Shown here piece by piece: positions 37,169-46,752 of a stretch of DNA of 64,000 nucleotides. Position numbers and translations under genes: made by a program. The stretch is from Spirochaetia bacterium (GTDB taxonomy: Bacteria > Spirochaetota > Spirochaetia > JABMQR01). Location: contig JAIPFR010000001.1 in assembly GCA_021736525.1 (NCBI GenBank), positions 891 to 64,890 on the forward strand, in the 5' to 3' direction. How positions within the stretch are numbered: position 1 is the stretch's first letter; every line of letters starts with the position of its first letter. The notes beneath the pieces were generated by a model. It was not told the DNA's origin. It ran no database searches and worked only from the letters and a program-made list of their open reading frames with translations.

Positions 37169-39221
37169 GTTCAAGCTCCTCAAGTTCCTGGTGGGTTTCT
37201 TCCCATATACAGAATGCTTTTTCTAACTCTCTTTCCAGATCTGTTCTCTCTGATGATAGTTTTTTCATCATGTCACCGTTCTGGTAATTTTCAGGGTCAG
37301 CCATCTGCATGTTCACCGCTTCTATGCGTTTCTCAATGTTCTCAATCTCCTCCATGCTGACTTCAGCCTGCTTGCGAAGCGATTTTATTCTATTCCTTAC
37401 CGCATTCTGGTTTTTATAGGCGATACTGTTTTTATCGAGTCCCGAAGCAGGGCCAATACCGCTTTTTGATTTATCTGACCGCTTGATATCCTTACTCTGC
37501 ATTGGTTGTTCATTTGCTTGAGAGCCGGTTTCAATATATTGGTTTCTTTTCTCGAGCACCCAGGCAAAATATTCGTATTCTCCTTCGAAAATCTCCATTC
37601 CGGATTCCGACATGTAAAATATCCGATTAGCAAGATTTCTGATGAAATAACTGTCATGAGAAACAAAAATAAGGGTGCCGGTAAAAGACTTCAGGGCTTC
37701 AAGCAGTACATCCTTGGCCGATAAATCAAGATGATTGGTAGGCTCATCAAGTACCAGGACGTTGTATGGTTTCAGCAGCAGCTTCAGAAGGGCCAGTCGG
37801 CTTTTTTCTCCTCCGCTCAGGATGGAAACCGATTTGAAAATATCATCACCTCTGAATAAAAAAGAGCCGAGGTAAGATCTGAGCTTTGGGATAAGCCCGG
37901 TTGGCGCCTCTTTTTCAAGCTCCTCGTATACGGTCAAGTCTCCCGTAAGACTTTTATCAGAATCCTGAGCAAAATATCCTATGGACACCCCTGATCCTTC
38001 ACGCAGTTCACCATCAAATGTTTTATCTGCTCCGGCAAGGATTCTCAGCAGCGTCGATTTTCCTGCGCCGTTCTTCCCTGAAACAGCAATACGATCACCT
38101 TTAGCTATTGAAAAATTCAAGTTTGATAATACGGGTTCTGCACCATAGGATTTGCTTAAAGATTCAGCTATGAATATTTGATTTCCGGAATGTTTTCCAG
38201 GCGGAAACGAAAAACGTATTTTTTTCAAGTTTTCAGGAAGCTCTATCCTCTCGATTTTTTCCAGCATAGAAACTCTGCTCTGAACCTGACGGGCTTTAGA
38301 TTCCTTGTACCTGAACCGCTCGATAAACTGTTCTATGCGTTGAATCTCATTCTGCTGCTGTTCATAGAGCTTAATAAGCTGCTCATTACGCTGTTCCCGC
38401 TGCTTTTCAAATGAAGAATAATTTCCTGCATAACGGGTCAGGGCTCCTTGAAATATCTCTTCGACTGAATTTACGGTATCGTCCAGAAAGTCACGATCAT
38501 GTGATACAACGAGTATCCCTCCCTTGTAGCGTGATATATAGTTTTTCAGCCATATGCGTGCTTCAACATCGAGATAATTCGTAGGTTCATCCAGCAGGAG
38601 GAAATCCGCCTGCTCCAGAAGTACTTTAGCGAGAGCAATCCGCATTTGCCAGCCGCCGGAAAATTCTCTGCATGAGCGCTTGACATCAGCTGCAGAAAAA
38701 CCTAAACCTTGAAGAACATGATAAATACGCGCTTCGCGCTGAAAATACCCCGAGTTAAGAAGTTGTTCATTAAGGTGGTGATGTTCATGCAGAAGCGGTT
38801 CAAGCGATACGGAATCTCCCGATGCAGAATGATCGGCTGCCTGCTGCGAAATGTTGTTTTCAAGACTGCGGACAGCAGCCTGTATATCATGATAAAAGGA
38901 AAAAGCCTCATCAGCAGCTGCATATACACTGGTATCAGGCAGGATATAATCTGATTGCGGAAGATAGGTTATCCTGGCTCCCCGCGAAACATGGATGGAA
39001 CCCGAATCCGGTTTAATCATACCGCTGATTATTTTCATCAGGGTTGATTTTCCGCTGCCGTTAGCTCCGGCAAGGGCAGTACGGCTAGTCTCAGAAAGAT
39101 GTATCGATGCCGAGCTGAGAATATCCCTGTCTCCAAACGCTAATGATACTGATTCCAGCTGTAATGTCGGCACAAGCAATCTCCTGAATTTCCTGCAGTC
39201 TTCATGCATAGTACCTATCAT
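37158..39221 (-). CDS. ABC-F family ATPase (Uup/EttA/YheS-like)
   Basis: Two Walker A sites (GANGSGKST, GKNGAGKST), two signature motifs (LSGGWQ, LSGGEK), inter-domain linker, C-terminal coiled coil. No membrane domain. Confidence 0.8.
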   Translation of the reverse strand: MIGTMHEDCRKFRRLLVPTLQLESVSLAFGDRDILSSASIHLSETSRTALAGANGSGKSTLMKIISGMIKPDSGSIHVSRGARITYLPQSDYILPDTSVYAAADEAFSFYHDIQAAVRSLENNISQQAADHSASGDSVSLEPLLHEHHHLNEQLLNSGYFQREARIYHVLQGLGFSAADVKRSCREFSGGWQMRIALAKVLLEQADFLLLDEPTNYLDVEARIWLKNYISRYKGGILVVSHDRDFLDDTVNSVEEIFQGALTRYAGNYSSFEKQREQRNEQLIKLYEQQQNEIQRIEQFIERFRYKESKARQVQSRVSMLEKIERIELPENLKKIRFSFPPGKHSGNQIFIAESLSKSYGAEPVLSNLNFSIAKGDRIAVSGKNGAGKSTLLRILAGADKTFDGELREGSGVSIGYFAQDSDKSLTGDLTVYEELEKEAPTGLIPKLRSYLGSFLFRGDDIFKSVSILSGGEKSRLALLKLLLKPYNVLVLDEPTNHLDLSAKDVLLEALKSFTGTLIFVSHDSYFIRNLANRIFYMSESGMEIFEGEYEYFAWVLEKRNQYIETGSQANEQPMQSKDIKRSDKSKSGIGPASGLDKNSIAYKNQNAVRNRIKSLRKQAEVSMEEIENIEKRIEAVNMQMADPENYQNGDMMKKLSSERTDLERELEKAFCIWEETHQELEELEHES

Positions 39222-39297
39222 AAACCGATTCGATTTTCAATAGAGTGACTATTCCGGAATCATTCTCAGCGCTTCTAACTAATATAGGTCAATGCTT

Positions 39298-39323
39298 CTG
39301 TAAACAATATTGATTGTTTACAG
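39298..39323. promoter_or_regulatory. candidate operator: 11-bp inverted repeat in the divergent ABC-F / aroDE intergenic region
   Basis: CTGTAAACAAT-ATTG-ATTGTTTACAG, perfect 11-bp arms, 95 nt upstream of aroDE start. Confidence 0.4.
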
Positions 39324-39417
39324 TCGATTAAATAGAATAAGGGAAATACTCAGATCTGTACCATGGAAGCGTTTTATCTGGAAGTCTGATTGACGACTGT
39401 GCACCTGGAGAAAAATT

Positions 39418-40875
39418 ATGCTCTGTCTTACTTTAACAGAAACCAGTCTGGAAAAAGATCTTCTGCAGTTTCAAAAAAACAGAGATCTTATCGATATGGC
39501 AGAGCTGAGGATAGATTTACTGGGATCGGAAATCTCAGTTGATGCTCTCCGGAGATTCCCCTCCCTGTGCGATAAACCGGTAATCCTGACTTGCCGTCGA
39601 AAAAAAGATGGCGGATTGTTTTCTCAAAGTGAAAGGGTGAGGGTCAATCTGTTAAAAAGACTCGCTTCTGGAAATTTTGCATACTGCGACTTGGAAGATG
39701 AACTGCCCAGAGGGGAAATAGACCTGACCTTCAGGGAAAAGGGCACCAGAATAATCCGCTCATTTCATGACATGACGGCAGTTCCGGGGAATTTGTTTAC
39801 ACGAATGCAGAAAATCGCAGAGCAGGGGGAGATTCCAAAAGCTGCTGTTATGCCGAATTCATTTGCAGATACGGCACGTATCTTTGAAGCGAAGAATGAA
39901 CTGCAGAAAATTGAACGAAAAATCATTATTGGAATGGGAAATTATGGAGTTCCTACCAGAATATTATATAAAAAAACAGGTTCATTTCTCACCTTCTGCT
40001 CAGCACCTGGAAGCAGTCCGGGAGCTCCCGGTCACTTAAATACAGAAAGTCTCCGAAAGCTTTACCGTTCTGATCAAATTACTGATGATACATCAATCTA
40101 TGGTATCATCGGTAATCCGGTAATGCATTCAGCTTCTCCCGCTATTCACAATCCAGGATACCATCGTCTTGGCATTGATGCCGTATATGTTCCTTTCATG
40201 GTTGACTCAGTACGGACGTTTTTCCCATTTGCAGAGTGGTTTGGAATTAAAGGTTTTTCCGTGACCGTTCCGCACAAGCAGAATGTACTTCCGTATCTTG
40301 GAAATATATCTCGAGAAGTTAAGCAGATTGGCAGCTGCAATACGGTTGTAAGAACAAAAAAGCTTTGGAAGGGCATCAATACTGATTACTATGGGTTTCT
40401 GCATCCGATTCATGAAGATTTGGAGATGGGCCACCTGAAACGTGCTTTAGTTATTGGAGCCGGGGGGGCTGCGCGTTCAGTAGTCTGGGCATTGAGGAAT
40501 TTCGGCTGCAGTGTTTATATAACAAATAGAACATTTGATAAAGCAGAAAGGCTTGCAGCTGAAACAGGTTCATCTGCGATTACACTCCAGGAAGCTAGCC
40601 GGCTCTGTGCCGACGAAGCGGAAAAATATCCTGACTTAATCATTCAAACAACCAGTGCCGGTATGGATCCGGATATTGAAAGCGACCCACTGCCGGAATA
40701 TAAGTTTACCGGTGAAGAAATAGTTTATGAGCTTGTTTACAAACCGCGAATAACCCGCTTTCTTAATCGAGCGATTCAGTCAGGCTGCAGAATTGTGTAC
40801 GGTTATGAAATGCTGTATGCCCAGGGTATACAGCAGTTTAAATCTTTCACAGGATTTGACTATCCGCAAAATTAA
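39418..40875 (+). CDS. aroDE: bifunctional 3-dehydroquinate dehydratase (type I) / shikimate 5-dehydrogenase
   Basis: N-terminal type-I DHQase region (LCLTLTETSLEKDL...AELRIDLL), C-terminal AroE region (IIGNPVMHSASPAIHN, GAGGAARSV Rossmann). Confidence 0.8.
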   Translation: MLCLTLTETSLEKDLLQFQKNRDLIDMAELRIDLLGSEISVDALRRFPSLCDKPVILTCRRKKDGGLFSQSERVRVNLLKRLASGNFAYCDLEDELPRGEIDLTFREKGTRIIRSFHDMTAVPGNLFTRMQKIAEQGEIPKAAVMPNSFADTARIFEAKNELQKIERKIIIGMGNYGVPTRILYKKTGSFLTFCSAPGSSPGAPGHLNTESLRKLYRSDQITDDTSIYGIIGNPVMHSASPAIHNPGYHRLGIDAVYVPFMVDSVRTFFPFAEWFGIKGFSVTVPHKQNVLPYLGNISREVKQIGSCNTVVRTKKLWKGINTDYYGFLHPIHEDLEMGHLKRALVIGAGGAARSVVWALRNFGCSVYITNRTFDKAERLAAETGSSAITLQEASRLCADEAEKYPDLIIQTTSAGMDPDIESDPLPEYKFTGEEIVYELVYKPRITRFLNRAIQSGCRIVYGYEMLYAQGIQQFKSFTGFDYPQN

Positions 40876-43064
40876 GGGGTGAACAAAGATGCATGAAGTT
40901 TTCTCAGTAAAAACACCTTTCTCACAGTATAGGATCTTTCAATACCCTCAGGCAGGGTTTTTCCTGTAATAACCGCATCTTGCCGGGCAGGGTACTGGAG
41001 AGATGTCGGCTGAAGAAGTGTGACGATTTCCCTACGGGATGCGTCACGCTCATGAATTTCAAGAAGCTCATTTTTTTTACTGAGAGCATCCTTACAGAGG
41101 TTTATTTTCCCCTGATAATCAAGACCCCGTGCCTCGCTGATTGTGGCATGGATTCGCGATCCCTTTATCTGCTCATCTGAAAGTATAAGCTTTTTATCAA
41201 TTCTAGCCCTGAAATCTTCGGTATCTTTTTCCGAGAGCTTTTTGAGATTAAGAGAGTTCAGCAGATCCTCTACGAATCCAGGAACGTTCTTTTCTGTATC
41301 TTCAGGAATGGCATACGCAGAATCTGCCTTCATTATCACTGAAAGGTTGATGTTTGATAAGTAATTATTTACTGTCTCAAGACTATCATCGATAAAGCTC
41401 ATTACCGACGGCTGCTGCATAGGCTCTTCGCTGCTTGAAGGTTTTTCAACATTTGAATATTTTGTCTTTGGAAGGTACTCAATGCCGAAAGAGGATAAAC
41501 AGCTTCTCCACACTTTTTCAGATTTACGGTCCATGAGAAACAAGCCTTCAGCCAGTGTTTCCAGAATGTATTGTTTAAAATCAGGATGAGAAGTTATGAT
41601 ACGGCTCATTGCTGCGTCTGCTTTCAGTACAATACCGGAAAGCAGCGATACTCGATTGTAACTGTCCCTCCATGTCTGCAAGGTCCGGAGTATGAGCGGG
41701 GGAACTTGAAATCCTGAGGCTTTCTCACAGGCAGATTGAAAATCTGTTATACTTCGGCCCATGTCGCAAGCTCTCAGGAAGCTCTTTTTAGTCAGGTCGA
41801 ATGAATACAGGATATCAATTTTTCTCAATTCAAGAAAAACCAGCAAATCAAAAGCATTCTCTGTATTAATTGAGGGGTCTGCGCGAATAGTAAAGTCTGA
41901 ATCCAAGGATGCAAAAGGTTTGGAAAGCATCTTCTGCGAAAGAGCAGGTGAGGAATTATCGGATTCTGCAAAAATCGGGTGTCTCGGGAACAGCTTACTG
42001 AAAAAGACTGTTATTCCAGGGTTTACGGCGTAATACCCTTCATATTGAGTGGGATAAAGAATCTGCTGTGACACCAGGACTTCCATTAATGGATTAAGAA
42101 GGATTTCTTGAAATTCCATGGAGTTTTTCTCGCTGCTGATTATTCGTGAAATTATGATCAGTCTTTGCAGGGCTTTCTCCCCGATCACGTTAAGGTTTCC
42201 TGCTGTCAGGAAAATCAGGAAAAACAACAATTGACTCATAATTTCCCGGGTAGGTGAGAGCCCCAGCAAAGCAGCTAAACCCGGCAGAAGCAGTCGCTGC
42301 GAGAGGGGTGACCCAGATATATCAGCAACAGATCGAATATCAAGATCGGACGCTATACAGGGAATATTCTTTTTTATTTCAACAATACCCAGTGTATTAA
42401 ATGCGCTGATTGCCAGATTCCATGCAGAAGAAAGTATTTCAGCAGTTTCAGGATTGCCGGAAATACTGGTGAATTTTTCTGACATCAGCTTTGGGGGCTG
42501 TCCGTCCGTTTGTTCTGCAGTGTTTCGCTGAAGAAGATGAACCAGTACTGTTGGAATGAAGAAACCATTGCTCAGACAGTCGGCAGGCAGCGGCTTAGCA
42601 GCAGCGGGCAATAAAACATTTTCAACTATTACTTGATTATTGCCGCAGCCAATCAGCAATGAAAAATCGATGAGTTTTTTTTCTGCCAGATCGTGGAAAA
42701 GAGGATTGATCTGAAGTCCGGTTCCGTCAGTCGAGGTAAGAAGGAGGAGACGTTCTTCAAGGTTAAGAACAGCATAATGCAGCTGAAAAAATTCAAGCTC
42801 ATCCTTGAAGATTTCATAAATATCCTGAATTGAAGGCTCTTCAAGCATGGATACTGCTGTCAGTATCTTCCTGTCCACGGTATCTGCTATTTCTGCTATT
42901 CGCTGCAGCACCTCGGTCCTGGTAAGAAAAGAGATAAGCTTTTTAATGAGGGTAGGTTTATGGAACGGTGTCTGAAGCGGACCCAGATAGTTTCGCATGA
43001 TATAGAAAAATGTATCATCGGGCATTGAGAGCAGAAGACTTGTGAACACATCCTGTTTATCCAT
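40872..43064 (-). CDS. large uncharacterised protein co-transcribed with XPB-like helicase (possible Bax1-like partner)
   Basis: 730 aa from ATG 43064 (TTG at 43079 alternative), 5 nt after helicase stop. No recognisable catalytic motif. Internal segments resemble the helicase N-terminal damage-recognition-like region. Confidence 0.5.
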   Translation of the reverse strand: MDKQDVFTSLLLSMPDDTFFYIMRNYLGPLQTPFHKPTLIKKLISFLTRTEVLQRIAEIADTVDRKILTAVSMLEEPSIQDIYEIFKDELEFFQLHYAVLNLEERLLLLTSTDGTGLQINPLFHDLAEKKLIDFSLLIGCGNNQVIVENVLLPAAAKPLPADCLSNGFFIPTVLVHLLQRNTAEQTDGQPPKLMSEKFTSISGNPETAEILSSAWNLAISAFNTLGIVEIKKNIPCIASDLDIRSVADISGSPLSQRLLLPGLAALLGLSPTREIMSQLLFFLIFLTAGNLNVIGEKALQRLIIISRIISSEKNSMEFQEILLNPLMEVLVSQQILYPTQYEGYYAVNPGITVFFSKLFPRHPIFAESDNSSPALSQKMLSKPFASLDSDFTIRADPSINTENAFDLLVFLELRKIDILYSFDLTKKSFLRACDMGRSITDFQSACEKASGFQVPPLILRTLQTWRDSYNRVSLLSGIVLKADAAMSRIITSHPDFKQYILETLAEGLFLMDRKSEKVWRSCLSSFGIEYLPKTKYSNVEKPSSSEEPMQQPSVMSFIDDSLETVNNYLSNINLSVIMKADSAYAIPEDTEKNVPGFVEDLLNSLNLKKLSEKDTEDFRARIDKKLILSDEQIKGSRIHATISEARGLDYQGKINLCKDALSKKNELLEIHERDASRREIVTLLQPTSLQYPARQDAVITGKTLPEGIERSYTVRKVFLLRKLHASLFTP

Positions 43065-43069
43065 GATAA

Positions 43070-44797
43070 TTAATCCCAATTCTCAATATGATACTTATAG
43101 CCTTGTTCAATAAGAAATTTCTGTCTGTTAGCAGAAAATTCTTCCTCGGTAGTAAAACGGGTGACAATGGAATAGAAACTTGACCCGTGCTCTTTAGGTC
43201 GAAGAATGCGTCCCAACCTTTGGGCTTCCTCCTGTCTGGAGCCGAAGGTGCCCGAAACTTGTATCGCTACGGATGCATCAGGCAGATCAATTGCGAAATT
43301 AGCAACTTTGGAAACAATTAAAATCCGCTGCTCACCCCTGCGGAAAGCACCATAGAGTTCTTCACGTCTGGCATTCTGAGTTAAGCCGGTAATGATCGGC
43401 TGCTTAAGTTCTTCCGCTAATTCTTTCAGTTGGGAAATGTATTGACCGATAACAAGAATGTAATCATCAGGATGGTTTTCAATAAGCTGTTTGACAACAT
43501 CTATTTTAAGAGGGTTTTCTGCTGCAATGCGATGCTTCTCCCGTCTGGTCCCGACGGCATAAGATAACTCCAGCTCCTGTTTGAGCGGAATGCGAATTTC
43601 ATAGCAGTTGGCTTCGGCAATCCAACCCTTCTGTTCCAGTTCCTTCCAGGGAACGTCATAACGTTTGGGCCCAACGAGAGAGAACACTTCATCCTCACGA
43701 TTATCTTCACGAACTAACGTTGCGGTGAGCCCCAGTCGGCTGATAGCCTGTATCTCTGCAGTAACTTTGAAGACTGGCGCGGGGAGAACATGTACTTCAT
43801 CATAGATAATCAGTCCCCAATTACGTTTGCTGAAAATACTGAAATGGGGAAAATCGCTCAGCTTGTCCTTTCTCCACGTCAGAATCTGGTATGTGCAGAC
43901 AGTAATTGGACAGATTTCCTTCTTGAATCCGGTATATTCACCGATCTGATCACGTTCTAGCGTTGTTTTATCAAGAAGTTCAAACATCCATTGATGCACT
44001 GCCGCCGTGTTGGTGGTGAGAATCAGGGTGTTAGTCTGAAGCGCTTCAATTACAGCAATACCGATAATTGTTTTTCCCGAACCGCAGGGAAGCACCAGAG
44101 TGCCGAAACCGGAGCAGCCATTGCCGGAAGCAGTAAAAGAATCCCTTGCTTCAAATTGGTAGTTCCTTATATCAAAAGGATATCCCGATAGAGTTTGACT
44201 TCGCAGGCTGACCGGCAGCGGATCTCCTTCCCTCAGGGGGCATTGATCATCAACCGGATACCCTGCTTTGATCAACTGAAGTTTCAGCTCTCCGCGATTA
44301 TACAGATGAACCAGAAACCCCAGCTGAATATCTTTCTGGTTCTCAATGTTTCTGCCGGTCAGATCAGGGTCAACGTTTTCCGGCAGGGGGGCAAGCAAAG
44401 ATGCTATATTTTTGCGCGACAGGAGTTCGTGATGAAGATTAGCTTCTGGTACATATAGATAAAGAAACTGATCGTTTTGGTTAATTCTGTGCAGTGAGAG
44501 AAGTCCATATCTGTTTATGGTTTCCTTTATAAAATAGAGGACATTTTCCGGGATGGGAAATCTGGACCAGAAAGAGAGTTCTTCGATAATCCTTTCGGCT
44601 GTGAACCCGGCTGAAGCGGCGTTCCAGATTGACAGAGAGGATAGCAGGTACGTATGGAAATGTTCGGGAGATTTTATCAGTTCAGCGAATGCTGCAAGTG
44701 AGTTGCGGGCATTCTGGAACTCTGGTGAGTGAACTTCGAGTAAAATAGTTCTGTCGCTTTGTATAATTACCGGACGCTCATGATCAGATTCAGTCAT
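43070..44797 (-). CDS. XPB/Ssl2 (ERCC3/RAD25)-type superfamily-2 DNA helicase
   Basis: N-terminal XPB-style domain, Walker A LPCGSGKT, DEVH box (IIYDEVHVL), XPB-specific RED motif (TATLVREDNRED), helicase C-domain motifs; 575 aa. Confidence 0.75.
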   Translation of the reverse strand: MTESDHERPVIIQSDRTILLEVHSPEFQNARNSLAAFAELIKSPEHFHTYLLSSLSIWNAASAGFTAERIIEELSFWSRFPIPENVLYFIKETINRYGLLSLHRINQNDQFLYLYVPEANLHHELLSRKNIASLLAPLPENVDPDLTGRNIENQKDIQLGFLVHLYNRGELKLQLIKAGYPVDDQCPLREGDPLPVSLRSQTLSGYPFDIRNYQFEARDSFTASGNGCSGFGTLVLPCGSGKTIIGIAVIEALQTNTLILTTNTAAVHQWMFELLDKTTLERDQIGEYTGFKKEICPITVCTYQILTWRKDKLSDFPHFSIFSKRNWGLIIYDEVHVLPAPVFKVTAEIQAISRLGLTATLVREDNREDEVFSLVGPKRYDVPWKELEQKGWIAEANCYEIRIPLKQELELSYAVGTRREKHRIAAENPLKIDVVKQLIENHPDDYILVIGQYISQLKELAEELKQPIITGLTQNARREELYGAFRRGEQRILIVSKVANFAIDLPDASVAIQVSGTFGSRQEEAQRLGRILRPKEHGSSFYSIVTRFTTEEEFSANRQKFLIEQGYKYHIENWD

Positions 44798-44838
44798 TAT
44801 TTTGTACCCTGCTTACTTGTTTTTCAATTTTATCGAAA

Positions 44839-45630
44839 TTATAGATGATATAAGTCCTCCCTCCGGTCAGAAAAAATATGGTTGCGTCTGGTTATATTCT
44901 TATCACGGGCAAGATCAGGATCAATATCTATGATAGCAATTTCCTCCTTGTCAGGAGAGGACGATGCAAGGATAGATCCGTCAGGTCCGGTTATCTGACT
45001 GCCTCCGGTGTAGGTGCATGATACAGGACCTGATTGTTCACTGCCAATTCTATTAGCCAGTATCCAGAATACCCGATTTTCTATCGACCGGGATCTTGTG
45101 GTTATTTGTGCGGCCCCTTCAATAACAAGGTTTGAGGGGTGACAGATTATCTGAGCCCCCAAAAGAGCGAGAGTTCTTGCAGCCTCAGGAAAAAGATGGT
45201 CAAAGCAAATCAGCATGCCGACAGTTGTACCGTTAACGTCAAAAGTAAAGAAATCCTCATTCCCCGGCTTAAAGTGGAGTTTTTCCCTGTTGAACAAGTG
45301 CGCCTTGCGATAGACTTTCATTACTCCTTCAGGGCTTATATAAACGGAACTGTTAAAAAAACTGCCGTCCAGAGCATCCTCTACACAACCGTATACATAG
45401 GAAGTATGGTTTTTAACTGCCATGCTGCTGAAAAAATCTGAAGTAGGACCGGGCAAAGTCTCGGCACAAAGCGCCAGTTCATCCTGGCTGCTGAATAGAT
45501 ATCCGGAGAGAGCGAGTTCAGGCAGTACCAAAAGATCCGTACAATTACCTGAAACAGCTGCAGAAATCTTGTTTCGTGTTTCTTCAAGGTTGTGAAAAAT
45601 TGGTGAATATTGGTAGTAACCTATTTTCAT
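44839..45630 (-). CDS. carbon-nitrogen hydrolase (nitrilase superfamily)
   Basis: Catalytic triad context: Glu in VLPELALSGY, Lys in VYRKAHLF, Cys in MLICFDHLFPE; 263 aa. Confidence 0.8.
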   Translation of the reverse strand: MKIGYYQYSPIFHNLEETRNKISAAVSGNCTDLLVLPELALSGYLFSSQDELALCAETLPGPTSDFFSSMAVKNHTSYVYGCVEDALDGSFFNSSVYISPEGVMKVYRKAHLFNREKLHFKPGNEDFFTFDVNGTTVGMLICFDHLFPEAARTLALLGAQIICHPSNLVIEGAAQITTRSRSIENRVFWILANRIGSEQSGPVSCTYTGGSQITGPDGSILASSSPDKEEIAIIDIDPDLARDKNITRRNHIFSDRREDLYHL

Positions 45631-45631
45631 T

Positions 45632-46225
45632 TTATTCTCCTGCCTCTAAATGCATCAAAAAGTTATTAATCATGCCTGCAGATTGTTCAATAGGCTGGTC
45701 GCCCGATATATCTATTATATAATCGGAGATCCCCCTATATTTTTCATCACGCTCCCTGAAAAGATTATGAAAACTGACTTCCGGTGCATTCTGATCAAGA
45801 AATGGAGGTATTCCGTTCTTCATAATCCGTGTCAGAAGAATCTTTTCATCCTGTTGAATGTAGAAAACTGTTCCGCCTGATATTTTAATGTGCTGAATAA
45901 GCCTGTTGTTATCACAAGCTCCGCCGCCAAGAGCAACAAGGAGCCTGGATTCTTTAGCATCAGCTGATTGTGCTAAATAGTTTCGCAGGGATGCAAATTC
46001 AATTTCTGCAAAGGCTTCTCTGCCGAATATACGGTAATACTCTCTTACTGAGACGCTGCGTTCGTATTGATTCTGCAGTGAATCAAGAATAAGATCATCA
46101 GCATCGGAAAATAGAAGATGGTGCTTCTCAGCGATGAGACGTCCGAGAGTGCTTTTCCCACAATGCTTCAATCCGCAAAAGAATAACGGCAGCGGTATTT
46201 TTTTCAGTAGTTGATTATGTTTCAC
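45632..46225 (-). CDS. P-loop kinase, shikimate kinase (AroK)-like
   Basis: Walker A FFCGLKHCGKSTLGRLIAE followed by FSDADDLI, as in AroK (GxxGxGKST.GR.LA....F.D.D..I). Start assigned to GTG at 46225, 1 nt after upstream stop (TAGcGTG). Confidence 0.5.
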   Translation of the reverse strand: MKHNQLLKKIPLPLFFCGLKHCGKSTLGRLIAEKHHLLFSDADDLILDSLQNQYERSVSVREYYRIFGREAFAEIEFASLRNYLAQSADAKESRLLVALGGGACDNNRLIQHIKISGGTVFYIQQDEKILLTRIMKNGIPPFLDQNAPEVSFHNLFRERDEKYRGISDYIIDISGDQPIEQSAGMINNFLMHLEAGE

Positions 46226-46226
46226 G

Positions 46227-46616
46227 CTAATTCCTGATACGGTCGGATTCCGATTCCGGATCGTCACTATAGGCCCTGAAATTTTCCGGTGATGCATCTC
46301 TATCCAGCAGTATTTTTCGGGAAGCTCTTTCAAACCGCAGAGTAAACAAATTCCTGTAGAGGATTATGAGACTTACCAGCCAGACCAATGCTCCCAGAGC
46401 CGGAAAAGAGGCTCTCAGCAGATCCAGGCCTTCAAGGATAATTATCTCTGCTGCGCTCGCAAACACATCATACAGAACGTCAATGAAAAACATGAATGAA
46501 GCGAAACTGGGGAGAATCCAATAGTAGCCCCACTGCTTGAAAACAGAGAACAGCGAGAAAATAAAAGCTGTCAAATGCAGCACTGCGGCTATCAGCTCGA
46601 TATGAAACAGTTCCAT
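46227..46616 (-). CDS. small integral membrane protein (3-4 TM helices), first gene of the operon
   Basis: 129 aa from ATG 46616 (MELFHIELIAAVLHLTAF...). Hydrophobic helices, charged C-terminal tail. Stop abuts the kinase GTG. Confidence 0.45.
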   Translation of the reverse strand: MELFHIELIAAVLHLTAFIFSLFSVFKQWGYYWILPSFASFMFFIDVLYDVFASAAEIIILEGLDLLRASFPALGALVWLVSLIILYRNLFTLRFERASRKILLDRDASPENFRAYSDDPESESDRIRN

Positions 46617-46752
46617 GGTTGTGAAGTATTCACGCTCCCTCAAAAAAAATGATTGAATATGCAAGATTGTCGATTACAGACACAGCATAGTATACTATCA
46701 ATAAGCAATTTTGATAAGCGACTGAGAACAAATATTACTTTGAGGTAATTAC

